Assembly: GCA_040876345.1 (NCBI GenBank)
Contig: JBBDPM010000006.1
Location: forward strand, 456,547 to 520,546
Direction: 5' to 3'
DNA from: Candidatus Woykebacteria bacterium
GTDB taxonomy: Bacteria; Patescibacteriota; Microgenomatia; Woykebacterales; RBG-16-39-9b
Length of the DNA: 64,000 nucleotides
How positions within the stretch are numbered: position 1 is the stretch's first letter; every line of letters begins with the position of its first letter. The notes beneath the pieces were generated by a model. The model saw only the letters and a list, made by a program, of their open reading frames with translations. It was not told where the DNA came from and did no database searches. Both the position numbers and the translations under genes were made by a program. Below are positions 1 through 8,993 of this stretch, piece by piece.

Positions 1-501
1 ATCGGCACGAAGGCCGCCAGCATACAGTATCTCCTTGGAAACAAGGGAAAGAGCCGCCTGCTGGAAGCGCTGCTCATGGCGCTCCACCTCGTTATCTACG
101 TTGTGCTGGTGCTCTATGCTCTCGGCCCGGGGCAGGCTGTGGCGTTCATCGTGGTCCATCAGGCGCTGTTTGGGCTGTACCTAGGCCTAGTCTTCGCGCC
201 TAACCACAAGGGTATGCCCCTTCTGGACGGCGATAGCCAGCTAGGCTTCCTCAGAAGCCAAGTACGGACGAGTCGAGACATCATGGCCCACCCAATCACC
301 GACTTCTGGTACGGCGGCCTCAACTACCAGATCGAGCATCACCTCTTCCCCTGGATGCCCAGAAACAAGCTGCGAGAGGCCCAAGTCATCGTCAGGGCCT
401 TTTGCGAGGAACGCTCAATCCCTTACTACGAGACGAGCGCCGCGCGGTCTCTCAAGGAGATCTACCAGTACCTACGCGATGTCAGCGCTCCGGTACGCTA
501 A
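1..501 (+). CDS. Membrane fatty-acid desaturase, C-terminal fragment (front-end type, QxxHH third His box); the frame is open from base 1, so the 5' end lies outside the window
   Basis: Frame 1 is open from position 1 and translates to ...NYQIEHHLFPWMPRN... (His box QIEHH). GC is about 62%, unlike the rest of the window. Confidence 0.6.
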   Translation: MGTKAASIQYLLGNKGKSRLLEALLMALHLVIYVVLVLYALGPGQAVAFIVVHQALFGLYLGLVFAPNHKGMPLLDGDSQLGFLRSQVRTSRDIMAHPITDFWYGGLNYQIEHHLFPWMPRNKLREAQVIVRAFCEERSIPYYETSAARSLKEIYQYLRDVSAPVR

Positions 502-680
502 GCTGCAGCCTGACTCGGAGTTGAAGAAGGGAGACCTAACAGAGATCGGCCCGCCGCGGACATGTTCCAAAGCGGGCCTCTCTCGTTCTCTCGATGTGAA
601 TACGAAAATCAGTGCAATGTGTTGACCTTAATGAAAGGTTACTTCAGTAGTAGAAGTTTCTTAGAAAAACCAAAGGTGAA

Positions 681-770
681 TGGCGGAGAGGGAGGGATTC
701 GAACCCCCGGTGACGTTGCCGCCACACTGGTTTTCAAGACCAGCACCATAATCCACTCGGTCACCTCTCC
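681..770 (-). tRNA. tRNA-Ser (anticodon UGA), long variable arm, CCA encoded
   Basis: Reverse complement reads GGAGAGGTGACCGAGTGG...CTGGTCTTGAAAACCAG...GGTTCGAATCCCTCCCTCTCCGCCA. Anticodon loop is CTTGAAA and the acceptor stem is 7 bp. Confidence 0.8.
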
Positions 771-771
771 G

Positions 772-860
772 TGGCGGAGGGTACAGGATTCGAACCTGTG
801 TGGCACTTTCGCACCAACGGTTTAGCAAACCGTCGCCTTAAACCACTCGGCCAACCCTCC
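772..860 (-). tRNA. tRNA-Ser (anticodon GCU), long variable arm, CCA encoded
   Basis: Reverse complement reads GGAGGGTTGGCCGAGTGG...ACGGTTTGCTAAACCGT...GGTTCGAATCCTGTACCCTCCGCCA. Confidence 0.8.
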
Positions 861-940
861 AAATGTGCTGGAATTGTAACAAAAAGAGCTTTTAAATTCA
901 ACGAATCAGGAAGATGTTCATTGCTACTTGCTGGGCAAAC

Positions 941-963
941 AAAAAACCCACCTTATAGGTGGG
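941..963 (-). terminator. Rho-independent terminator downstream of ssrA (minus strand)
   Basis: CCCACC / GGTGGG hairpin with a 5-nt loop, followed by a U6 run on the minus strand. Confidence 0.5.
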
Positions 964-1010
964 TATTGTTGCTTAACTTGAGGCTTCGCCTTTGGGGCGA
1001 AGCCAAAAGA

Positions 1011-1375
1011 TGGTGGAGATGCCCGGCTTTGCACCGGGGTCCGTCCAGAATAAATGGATGGGTACTACAAGCTTAGCCAGCCTTTGTGAATCCTTTAAAC
1101 CCACTGGCTGACGAGTTAAGGATTTAAAGTAGGTTATTGATGAATTCTGAATCAACCTAGGTTACCAACCTAAACTGTTCGTCTTGACTTAAGTCACACC
1201 TAAAGGGCTTCGCCAAGAGAAAGCCTCAATAGACGGTCCTATTTACGCAAACGCGTAACGGACGGCCAAATCTTTGTTGGCATTTAATATTTCTTGGAGA
1301 TTTAACGGCATCTACCAAGATTATGCCGGCTTGCACCTTACCCACATACTCTACCGTCGAAATTTAAACATCCCC
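1011..1375 (-). ncRNA. ssrA: tmRNA (SsrA), one-piece form. Predicted tag reading frame is ANKDLAVRYAFA*
   Basis: The 5' end GGGGATGTTTAAATTTCGACGG...GGTGCAAGCCGG matches the tmRNA consensus GGGG..GATTCGACGGG..AAGGTGCATGCCG. The 3' end is a T-arm-like hairpin plus CATCTCCACCA, which forms a 7-bp acceptor stem with a G3:U70 pair. Internal ORF is GCC AAC AAA GAT TTG GCC GTC CGT TAC GCG TTT GCG TAA. smpB lies immediately upstream. Confidence 0.75.
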
Positions 1376-1403
1376 ACGGAAAGATAATATGAATAACAAG
1401 TTA

Positions 1404-1874
1404 CTAATTTTTCAATTGTTTTTGTGCTTTTAACTTAGGCGCTCGTACTATTGCTTCTGCTTCCCGCTCAATATCTCTTTTTTTCAATGCCTCTCTTTTA
1501 TCTGCCTTCTTCTTGGCTCTTGCTAAAGCAACCTCTAGCTTGACTAAGTTGTGCTTAGTATACATCTTGGTAGGCACAATTGTCAAGGAAGAGGTAGTTA
1601 TTTTACCTGACAAATGATCTATCTCTTTGCGGCTGAGTAAAAGTTTCCTTTGCCTCTTTGGATCATAAGACGGATCGAAGGCGGCTTTATAAGGAGAGAT
1701 ATGGGCATTTATCAGAAAGGCCTCGCCACCTTCTATTCTCACGTAACTATCCGAAAGGGAGGCTGCCTTACTCCTCACCGACTTCACTTCTGCCCCGGAA
1801 AGTATTATTCCCGCTTCAAATTTATCGTAAATAAGGTATTCGTACCTTGATTTTTTATTGGTTACCAGTACCAT
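1404..1874 (-). CDS. smpB: SsrA-binding protein SmpB
   Basis: 156-aa protein with basic C-terminal tail; adjacent to tmRNA. Confidence 0.85.
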   Translation of the reverse strand: MVLVTNKKSRYEYLIYDKFEAGIILSGAEVKSVRSKAASLSDSYVRIEGGEAFLINAHISPYKAAFDPSYDPKRQRKLLLSRKEIDHLSGKITTSSLTIVPTKMYTKHNLVKLEVALARAKKKADKREALKKRDIEREAEAIVRAPKLKAQKQLKN

Positions 1875-3786
1875 ACTTAAACCTTTTTATAGTATTGCCT
1901 ACCCCAATAAATACTTCTCTACCTTTCTCCACGACGGCAAGTCCTTCCGCTTTTGAAAAATCCTCTGATTTGTATTGCGAAACGTAGCTACCGTCTTTTC
2001 CAATCAGCACCACCCGCCCATTATTTTTATCCAAAACAAAAAGGGTGTCGCTACCAATTTCGGTGTAAAGATAGGATTTGTTTCCAAATGGCTCATCTAG
2101 ATTGCTTACCTCAAAATCCTGCCTTTTTCCGCCCAGAAACTTCATTAAAGCGCCTTCTTCGTCAATAACCCAAATGGCCCCATCAATAGCCATCCCCGAA
2201 AGAACACCTTTATCAGAGCTGTCTTTGAAATATCTCTGCGCCGAAGCCAAGCTAGAGCCAAGATTTAAATATTTCCAAATTTCCTTTTTCCCTTTGTCTA
2301 ATAAATACAGGTTGCCCTGATAAGTGGCTGCTTCAACAATCTCTCCCCAATCTGAAGATGACCCCTGAGCCTTAACTTTAACTTTGCTATTAATATCGAT
2401 TTTTTCGATACCAGCTGCATTTTGTAAGTAAAGAGTATTTTCGGATAATGAAATCGTATTTACTTCTGCTTCGGAGACAAGATCTTCCACTGTTTTTTTG
2501 TTTTTATCCAATATGAAAATCTTTTTCCCAGTTTTATCTAATACCAAAAACTTATTCCCAGCTAAAATCAGCTTGTTTATTTTAACTTCCGACGGAAAGG
2601 AATAAACTTCATCCAAACTCACCTCACTGATTTTTTTGACGGCCATCACTAACGCGTTGAAGCGTCTATAGACTTCCTCCACCTTACCTTTATCTACCCC
2701 TAGGTTTCTAAGATCGTCAATATCCTTTTCCGCCTCTGAAATTAAATCTCTTGATCTTCCGGGGTTTATTAACGCTAAGTTTTCCACTTCGTCGAGTTTT
2801 GTCGAAACTGTTTGTAATTTTTCCTCAAACCGGGCTTTCTTTTCGGAGGCTGCTCTGTTGACTAAGGCAAAACTAACACTCGCGACTAGTAAAACTACCA
2901 TTACCACGGCTACTTGTGCTGCTCTCGCTCGGCGACGCCTAGGGACCTCCTCAATCTCACCAGGAGATCTCGCCCTCCAAGGCTCTAAAATCTTGTCTAG
3001 AAGGCTTCTGGAAGAAGCCAGAAACAGATTCTTAGCTTTATAAGCAAACGGCCCAAGTCTCGCCTTTAAAAGGCTCAGAAGCCTCCTAGCAGCCCCTAGC
3101 AACCTTCCCAGTATTGAGGCTCTTTCGCCTGCAAGCTCCATCATTTCTAAAGTCTCTTGCGCCTGCGGCCCCTCAATGTAAATTCTCAGTATTAAGGCTA
3201 CTGCTCCTGGAATTTCGCCAATTTTTTCATCAACTCCCTTAAGGGCGCCCTGAAAATCTTCGGAGACTAAAAAACTGGGGATGGATGAGATATCGACTTG
3301 GTCCAGAAAACTTTGATTAGCTAAGACTATTGTATCTTCTTTTTCAACCGCGCCTGAAGCAGCTTTATGGAATTTTAGTTCTTTAATTGTATTTCCTCTT
3401 TGAAAAAGCACTGCGGCACCTTCCACTTTAACCACATACAAAGCCTCTCCCCATAAAACTGCCCCCACAAGTTCTAGCCTAGAGGGATAGATTCTCAGTT
3501 CTTCAAGACTTTTCTTGGCAGCACTAAGTGCTTCCTCCAAAGAAGGTAGAATACTTCCCAAGGGGCTGGCAAAGTAGGTGGACTGAAAAACCTGATATAG
3601 TTTTTCTTCTATCTCAGCTCCCCTTGCCTTAAAATCCCCGTGCAAGGTTATTAGGCTAAAAAGGCTGCCCTTGAGACTTCGCAACTCTTCCTCATTGGGT
3701 ACATATTGATGGGTAAATGAAAGTTGAGACTGCAAAGTCTTACCGCTTACTTGCCCAGCTAAAGAGTAAAGTGTTTTTTCCTTCAT
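1855..3786 (-). CDS. Hypothetical membrane protein. It has an N-terminal domain, a TM segment flanked by an R-rich stretch (VPRRRRARAAQVAVVMVVLLVASVSF), a coiled coil, and C-terminal repeats that look like beta-propeller blades
   Basis: Long ORF. Repeats of the LYLLDK / LFVLDK / IFILDK type appear in the C-terminal half. Confidence 0.5.
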   Translation of the reverse strand: MKEKTLYSLAGQVSGKTLQSQLSFTHQYVPNEEELRSLKGSLFSLITLHGDFKARGAEIEEKLYQVFQSTYFASPLGSILPSLEEALSAAKKSLEELRIYPSRLELVGAVLWGEALYVVKVEGAAVLFQRGNTIKELKFHKAASGAVEKEDTIVLANQSFLDQVDISSIPSFLVSEDFQGALKGVDEKIGEIPGAVALILRIYIEGPQAQETLEMMELAGERASILGRLLGAARRLLSLLKARLGPFAYKAKNLFLASSRSLLDKILEPWRARSPGEIEEVPRRRRARAAQVAVVMVVLLVASVSFALVNRAASEKKARFEEKLQTVSTKLDEVENLALINPGRSRDLISEAEKDIDDLRNLGVDKGKVEEVYRRFNALVMAVKKISEVSLDEVYSFPSEVKINKLILAGNKFLVLDKTGKKIFILDKNKKTVEDLVSEAEVNTISLSENTLYLQNAAGIEKIDINSKVKVKAQGSSSDWGEIVEAATYQGNLYLLDKGKKEIWKYLNLGSSLASAQRYFKDSSDKGVLSGMAIDGAIWVIDEEGALMKFLGGKRQDFEVSNLDEPFGNKSYLYTEIGSDTLFVLDKNNGRVVLIGKDGSYVSQYKSEDFSKAEGLAVVEKGREVFIGVGNTIKRFKYGTGNQ

Positions 3787-3788
3787 AG

Positions 3789-4022
3789 TTACGATAATAT
3801 TAGAATTAGGACTAAAATTGCCCCTACAACTCCTGATAAAAACAACAGTTTAGAGATTAATTTAAGGAGCGGGCTTAAGCTGCTTTCAACTACAGAGCAC
3901 ATCACCTGGACTTGTCTGATAACAAGGAACGAAAAAACAGTAAAACCGATCAAAAAAATAATCACAAAGATTTTTGCTATAGAGTCCAGCGGCAAACTAC
4001 TAGCTAAGTCAAACCCACTCAT
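3789..4022 (-). CDS. Small membrane protein (2 TM)
   Basis: 77-aa hydrophobic ORF, 4-bp overlaps with neighbours in the same operon. Confidence 0.4.
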   Translation of the reverse strand: MSGFDLASSLPLDSIAKIFVIIFLIGFTVFSFLVIRQVQVMCSVVESSLSPLLKLISKLLFLSGVVGAILVLILILS

Positions 4023-4615
4023 ATTTTCCCCTTAAAATGGCTTGGTCCCTTCTTGGTAAGTAAATTTATCACCTTTTTTTGAATCTCATTTGGCTTTGCT
4101 ATTGAATCAAACTCAAAATTTGTGATTGTTCCGGCCGTCTGAATAAAAACATTCCCATAATCAAATATTAATTGGGCCACGCCTCCCCTAGTATGGGTGA
4201 CATCCTGAATATCATCTAAAGTCGTGCTGGAAATCTGTTTGTAAAAAAGATTGAAGAAATCAATATCAACTACTCTTTTAGTGGTGACTATATAAACATT
4301 AAAAAACCAAAGCAAAAATCTTTGAAAGGCGTAAGCGACGACAAAAAGATACCAAGACAGGGTGAGTACGAATTGGGTCGTCTGCGAAAGTGAAATATTT
4401 ATTGGCGAATTGTTCCCAAAAGGGATCAACTTCAGAGCTGGCGGGACTAAAATTAAGACAACTACTAAAATGGTCCACCCAACGTTTGTAAAAAAATGGG
4501 CTCTTTCAAAAACAATCACCTCTTCATCAAGGCTTTGGGTCTCAAAGTGTGGAAACTTGGTAGAGTTGGTCTGGTTCATCGGCTCTATTGTACCCGCCCG
4601 TAAAGGAAGCGTCAA
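4019..4615 (-). CDS. Membrane protein with bacterial PH (bPH_2/DUF304-like) domain
   Basis: Two TM helices followed by ...IVTTKRVVDIDF...GGVAQLIFDYGNVFIQTAG... Confidence 0.5.
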   Translation of the reverse strand: MTLPLRAGTIEPMNQTNSTKFPHFETQSLDEEVIVFERAHFFTNVGWTILVVVLILVPPALKLIPFGNNSPINISLSQTTQFVLTLSWYLFVVAYAFQRFLLWFFNVYIVTTKRVVDIDFFNLFYKQISSTTLDDIQDVTHTRGGVAQLIFDYGNVFIQTAGTITNFEFDSIAKPNEIQKKVINLLTKKGPSHFKGKI

Positions 4616-4623
4616 ACCGAAAC

Positions 4624-6372
4624 TTAACGAATAATGACATCGAAAAGGTTTGTTGTTAGACTTAAAGTTCCTGGGGAACGAAGATGGTAGATGGAATTGA
4701 AAAAGTTGCCGCTAAATGTTTTACCTGAAGGGTAATTTGAGCTTACAAACGTGACCGATGATGTATGGCCCCTGCCATCGAATCCAATTAATATGTTCGA
4801 TAAGTTTCCAACTGTTTTTACGCCTTTTTTGCCTAGCTCCGAGCCAACTCTCGAACTGCTCCAGCCGGCTGCTCCCAAACAACCATCCGTCGGTGAGAGA
4901 TACTGATTATAACCGCTGGACACTTGCGACAAGAGAGCGGCGTTGAACAAATCTACTACTTGAGCTTGTGCTAGCCAAGGGAAGTAAGAGCCACTACAAC
5001 GGGAATTACCCCAAGCTTTATGAAACCAGGGGGAAGCTTTATCGTAAGCGCCTCCAGGCCAACTACCTCGGTAGTCGCGTATAGCTTGGGCATAAGGGCG
5101 CGCTCCTCCCCAAACTTCTGCAGATGAAAGGGTGTAACCGCCGGAGGTGGATGCGTACCAAGCCGTGATCGGAGAGCCTGCGTAAGTAACCACTATTCCT
5201 TTTGTTGCGGTCACAGCATCGCACCACCTTTTATTGTAAGTGCCCGAACAATTTGCCTGGGCCCTGTTGTAAACTTGGCAGGCTTGTGTGGTACAAATCG
5301 CCCGACCAGGGTTGCTTTGCAGCCAGTTCATGGCGAAAGTTCTGGCGGCTACCGCCTGGGCTTTTAAGGCTTCCATTGGCCAGCTTCTGGGCATCTCCGC
5401 AATTCCGCGCAGATAATCGCCTTCAAAGGAAATATTTCCGTATCCCACAACATTGATTTTGCTCGGCACAGAGTATTTCCCAACCGAAACTCCTTTGTAA
5501 TAAGTCTTAAGGATGGCGGTGTGACTTTGTCCTGCCTGTGCTCTTCCGTAAGCTCCGTATTGATTCATACCAACTCGGTGAGGATAACCGTAAGAAGCAA
5601 AAGCATAAGCTGGGGAGAAACCTGGATTTGGTAGGGGGGTAGAGGCTGGCGCTTGATTTCCGATAGTCTGATTTTGTTCACTAGCGGCTAGTCTTTTGGT
5701 TATTAAATCCTTTTGCTTCTGAGTCAGATTTTTAAGACTGGCGTTAATTTGGGAGCTTCTAGTTTGCAGGTAGTTTTGCTGATTGGCCGCGGAATAGTAT
5801 TGGGAACGAATTGAGGCTAGTCTTCCGGAAATTTCATGGGCGGCCTTTTCTAGGCTTTTCTTAACTGATGCTACCTGAGATTTTGTTTTTTCCACTCTGG
5901 AGATTTCTTCATTCACAACTACTATCAAATCTTGCGATTGCCCAATTACTCTTTCTTGATAAACTGAGAGGGACGCAAAATCTGAGAATCCGCTGCTGGT
6001 GAGAAATAGCGAAAGTTGGGAATCTCCTGGTCTTTTGTAAAGAGTGCGAATTTCCTGATTGCGTACACTAGTAAGATAATCCAGAGATTTTTTCTTTTCG
6101 GCCAAATCGTTTTCTACCTTTTTCAAATCTTTCCGAACTTTAGCTACTTTTTTGTTAGCCTCATTAAGCTGCGCTTCCGTACCAAACAAATTCCCAGAAA
6201 GATAGGCGATATCCTTTTCTATTTGCGACAACTCTGTCTGAGTTTTAGAATAGTCAGATTTGTTTTTATCAATGTTTTTTTGGACATCAAGAAGCTCATC
6301 TGCCTTTGCTTGGGCGATGAATACATTGAAGGACAGAACGATGGAGAGAAAAACCAAGGCAGTTTTTTTCAT
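4624..6372 (-). CDS. Secreted coiled-coil protein with C-terminal SpoIID/LytB-like (lytic transglycosylase) domain
   Basis: Signal peptide, long coiled coil, then EALKAQAVAARTFAMNW...CTTQACQVYN...YASTSGGYT motifs typical of the SpoIID/LytB domain. Confidence 0.65.
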   Translation of the reverse strand: MKKTALVFLSIVLSFNVFIAQAKADELLDVQKNIDKNKSDYSKTQTELSQIEKDIAYLSGNLFGTEAQLNEANKKVAKVRKDLKKVENDLAEKKKSLDYLTSVRNQEIRTLYKRPGDSQLSLFLTSSGFSDFASLSVYQERVIGQSQDLIVVVNEEISRVEKTKSQVASVKKSLEKAAHEISGRLASIRSQYYSAANQQNYLQTRSSQINASLKNLTQKQKDLITKRLAASEQNQTIGNQAPASTPLPNPGFSPAYAFASYGYPHRVGMNQYGAYGRAQAGQSHTAILKTYYKGVSVGKYSVPSKINVVGYGNISFEGDYLRGIAEMPRSWPMEALKAQAVAARTFAMNWLQSNPGRAICTTQACQVYNRAQANCSGTYNKRWCDAVTATKGIVVTYAGSPITAWYASTSGGYTLSSAEVWGGARPYAQAIRDYRGSWPGGAYDKASPWFHKAWGNSRCSGSYFPWLAQAQVVDLFNAALLSQVSSGYNQYLSPTDGCLGAAGWSSSRVGSELGKKGVKTVGNLSNILIGFDGRGHTSSVTFVSSNYPSGKTFSGNFFNSIYHLRSPGTLSLTTNLFDVIIR

Positions 6373-6461
6373 CAGTTATAGGTTATAATACTAGGATTCC
6401 ATGAATATTTCAAACTTAGGTTCCAAATACCGAACGGTCAGGGAAGAAATGTAATTACTAG

Positions 6462-6728
6462 GTGGTCATTATGAATTTTATTTACACAAAACATGCTGAA
6501 GAAAAACTTCAAAGGCTAGACGTAGTTAAATTTAGTGTGACTAAGAAAAGGCTTGAGAGTGTAATAAAACGCCCAAATCGGAGTGGCAAGTCAAAAACAG
6601 GTGAAGGGATAGCAATTGGATACTTATTTGGAACCTATATTATAAGAATCGTGCATGATATAATGACAGATGACAAAATAAAAATTATTACTTTCCACGT
6701 ATCTAAGAGAGGACGATATGGAACTTAA
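6462..6728 (+). CDS. DUF4258-family protein (putative toxin of a DUF4258/DUF2283 pair)
   Basis: 88-aa basic protein; 11-bp overlap with the downstream small acidic ORF. Confidence 0.5.
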   Translation: MVIMNFIYTKHAEEKLQRLDVVKFSVTKKRLESVIKRPNRSGKSKTGEGIAIGYLFGTYIIRIVHDIMTDDKIKIITFHVSKRGRYGT

Positions 6729-6936
6729 ATATTATAAAGAGGACGATATCTTGGTAATGAAATTCTCTAATAACCCTGTCGATGATTCCTTTGAGGTTGA
6801 TGACAATGCTGTATTGGAGGTCAGTAAAGATAACGAGCCGGTCACATTGGAGGTTCTACACGCCTCAAAATTCTTCAACTCGATTAATAAAGTGCTGCCA
6901 AAAGAGGTAAAAGAAGAATTCTTCACCCCAGTCTAG
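6718..6936 (+). CDS. DUF2283-family protein (putative antitoxin partner)
   Basis: 72-aa acidic protein, MELKYYKEDDILVMKFSN...; classic partner of DUF4258. Confidence 0.5.
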   Translation: MELKYYKEDDILVMKFSNNPVDDSFEVDDNAVLEVSKDNEPVTLEVLHASKFFNSINKVLPKEVKEEFFTPV

Positions 6937-7025
6937 ATTTTGCACCTCCAACTAACCTCTAAGATCTAATTTCTCGCTGACCGGTCTCTTGTCTCTGGTT
7001 ACTTGTTACTTGTCCCTAAACATGT

Positions 7026-7055
7026 TTGACAACCCGAAGCCAAACCGAGTACGAT
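7026..7055 (+). promoter_or_regulatory. Sigma70-like promoter for the pilin operon (TTGACA-N18-TACGAT)
   Basis: Perfect -35 hexamer, 18-nt spacer, TACGAT -10, 18 nt before the ATG at 7074. Confidence 0.4.
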
Positions 7056-7073
7056 TAATTAGCAATACTGTCC

Positions 7074-8084
7074 ATGAAAAAAACGACCTTATTTTTTTTA
7101 GCGCTACTAACATTTCTATTATGCTTTAATTTTTATACTCCATCTACCTTTGCAGCTAATTTAAGCTGTAGTGTCTTACCAAATACTATAGCTGCAAACG
7201 GAGTGGCCACAGCTCAGCTCACAATAACAGAGACGGGCCATAGTCTTACTGCATGGTTCATGTTAGCTAAAAAACTACCAAATGGTGGTGAGTATTTATT
7301 GGGAGCGCAACAAATTAGTCAATCCTTCGATGGTCATAACTCAACTGGAACCAAAACAATTGGGCCGTTTGATAATGGCCAGGCTGGAGACTATGTAATT
7401 TATATTGGGTCTAGCAGAGAAGCCGTTGAATCTAGAAATTCTTCCGGTTGTACATTTGATGTTTCCCCAGGGCCTCCACCACCCACTGGGGTTCAGTGCG
7501 TAAATTTTGTCTCAATACAGCCACCAGAAGAGGAGATAACATCCGGATCAAATATTATTTTGAAATACACCAGAGGTCAGTCTTCAACAACCGCTGATTA
7601 TAAAGTTGACATTTATAATAGTGATAGTGTATTAACCCGAACCGTCGACAGATTAACAGACTCCGGAAGTCTTTGGTCAGCCAATGTTGGCTCACTCCAA
7701 GGTCCAGAGGAAGTTTATTCTGCCAAATTATACTATATAAAAGTGTCACCACCCCACCTTTGTAATTCAACGAACATTTCCATTCTTGATGAAAGAGCAG
7801 CCGGGCAATTTCCAGAGGGAGATGATCAGACTTCTGCTTTACCTAGCCGAGTAGAAAAAATTGTGAACTATTTAATTACGTTTGGAATTGGAATTGCTGG
7901 TGGAGTGGCGTTTTTGATGCTAGTGTACGGTGGATTTAAATTTATATTCAGCCTTGGAAATCCAGAGAATGTTCAACAAGGCAGAGAGGTGATAACGGCT
8001 GCTATAATTGGCTTGATTGTAGTTGTATTTTCTGTTTTTCTTCTAAAATTGATTGGGATTAGTATTCTTGGTTTGCCAATATGA
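7074..8084 (+). CDS. Secreted protein with C-terminal TrbC/VirB2-like pilin domain
   Basis: Signal peptide, Pro-rich linker (PGPPPPTG), and a C-terminal pair of hydrophobic helices (…GGFKFIFSLGNPENVQQGREVITAAIIGLIVVV…) that share the motif of the downstream pilin paralogs. Confidence 0.6.
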   Translation: MKKTTLFFLALLTFLLCFNFYTPSTFAANLSCSVLPNTIAANGVATAQLTITETGHSLTAWFMLAKKLPNGGEYLLGAQQISQSFDGHNSTGTKTIGPFDNGQAGDYVIYIGSSREAVESRNSSGCTFDVSPGPPPPTGVQCVNFVSIQPPEEEITSGSNIILKYTRGQSSTTADYKVDIYNSDSVLTRTVDRLTDSGSLWSANVGSLQGPEEVYSAKLYYIKVSPPHLCNSTNISILDERAAGQFPEGDDQTSALPSRVEKIVNYLITFGIGIAGGVAFLMLVYGGFKFIFSLGNPENVQQGREVITAAIIGLIVVVFSVFLLKLIGISILGLPI

Positions 8085-8989
8085 AATATATTAAGTACTT
8101 TTTTTTATTTCTTTTCTTTAACTTAGTTTTTGCATCTTTTGCTTTTGCAGCAATCCCAGAGGGCTGCGAAAACAGGGACTTTAATGGTGATGGTGAAGTT
8201 ACCGTTAGCGATCAGACTATAGTACTTGCCAAGGTAGGTGTAAGATTAGGTAACCCCAGTTATGAACCTAGATTTGATTTGAATAACGACGGTGTGATTA
8301 GTCAAAGTGATGTAGATCTTGTATCACAATGCTTACCAGTTGCTGATAGCCCAAGCAACAGTGGGTCCTCTACACCTAATATTTTTAACCAGATTATTGA
8401 TCCTCTCCAAGGCCGATTTAACAGTCTTGGGCAGATTGCAAGTATGATTTTACCCTATGTTTTTGTGCTTGGCGGGATGATTTCTCTTCTTTTCATCATC
8501 TGGGGCGGCTTTAGATACATGACCGCTCAGGGAGACCCGAAAGCAATCGCATCTGCTCGCGGGACAATTGTTTCTGCTGTGATTGGTCTAGTCCTTCTCG
8601 CCTCTGTATTTGCAATTATGAAAATTCTCGAGATTGTCTTCAGAATAAAAGTTTTGGCATCTGCTTCCATAGTTTACGCTGCGCAAGGGGTAGATATTGG
8701 GTGTGAGTTTAAACTTGGCGACAGATGTGTAAGAGCAGTTTTTCCGACCCTGGGAACTCTTTTGACTAGTGTAATTACTTTTGCTCTTGCAGCAGCCGGC
8801 CTAGTATTTTTTGCTATGCTTTTGTGGGGCGGGATGCGCTACATGTTATCCAGAGGCGATGATAAAATAATTGTTGAGTCCAGGCAAACACTCACCAATG
8901 CGGTAATTGGCCTCTTGATAGTAATCTCCTCATTCGCGATAATTAAACTTGTATCAATTGCAACTAGCGCTAATATTTTAGTTTTTTAA
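8081..8989 (+). CDS. Dockerin-repeat protein fused to two tandem TrbC/VirB2-like pilin domains
   Basis: Signal peptide; DFNGDGEVTVSD...DLNNDGVISQSD (dockerin-type Ca-binding repeats); two copies of hydrophobic helix, GG(F/M)RYM(T/L)..GD(P/D)K, then I..A(V/I)IGL(V/L). Confidence 0.6.
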   Translation: MKYIKYFFLFLFFNLVFASFAFAAIPEGCENRDFNGDGEVTVSDQTIVLAKVGVRLGNPSYEPRFDLNNDGVISQSDVDLVSQCLPVADSPSNSGSSTPNIFNQIIDPLQGRFNSLGQIASMILPYVFVLGGMISLLFIIWGGFRYMTAQGDPKAIASARGTIVSAVIGLVLLASVFAIMKILEIVFRIKVLASASIVYAAQGVDIGCEFKLGDRCVRAVFPTLGTLLTSVITFALAAAGLVFFAMLLWGGMRYMLSRGDDKIIVESRQTLTNAVIGLLIVISSFAIIKLVSIATSANILVF

Positions 8990-8993
8990 GTTT

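Noticed and set aside
562-1155. ORFs 562-825, 771-1076 (+) and 973-1155 (-)
   Set aside because: They overlap the two tRNA-Ser genes and the tmRNA. The translations are low-complexity, so these are non-coding RNA loci.
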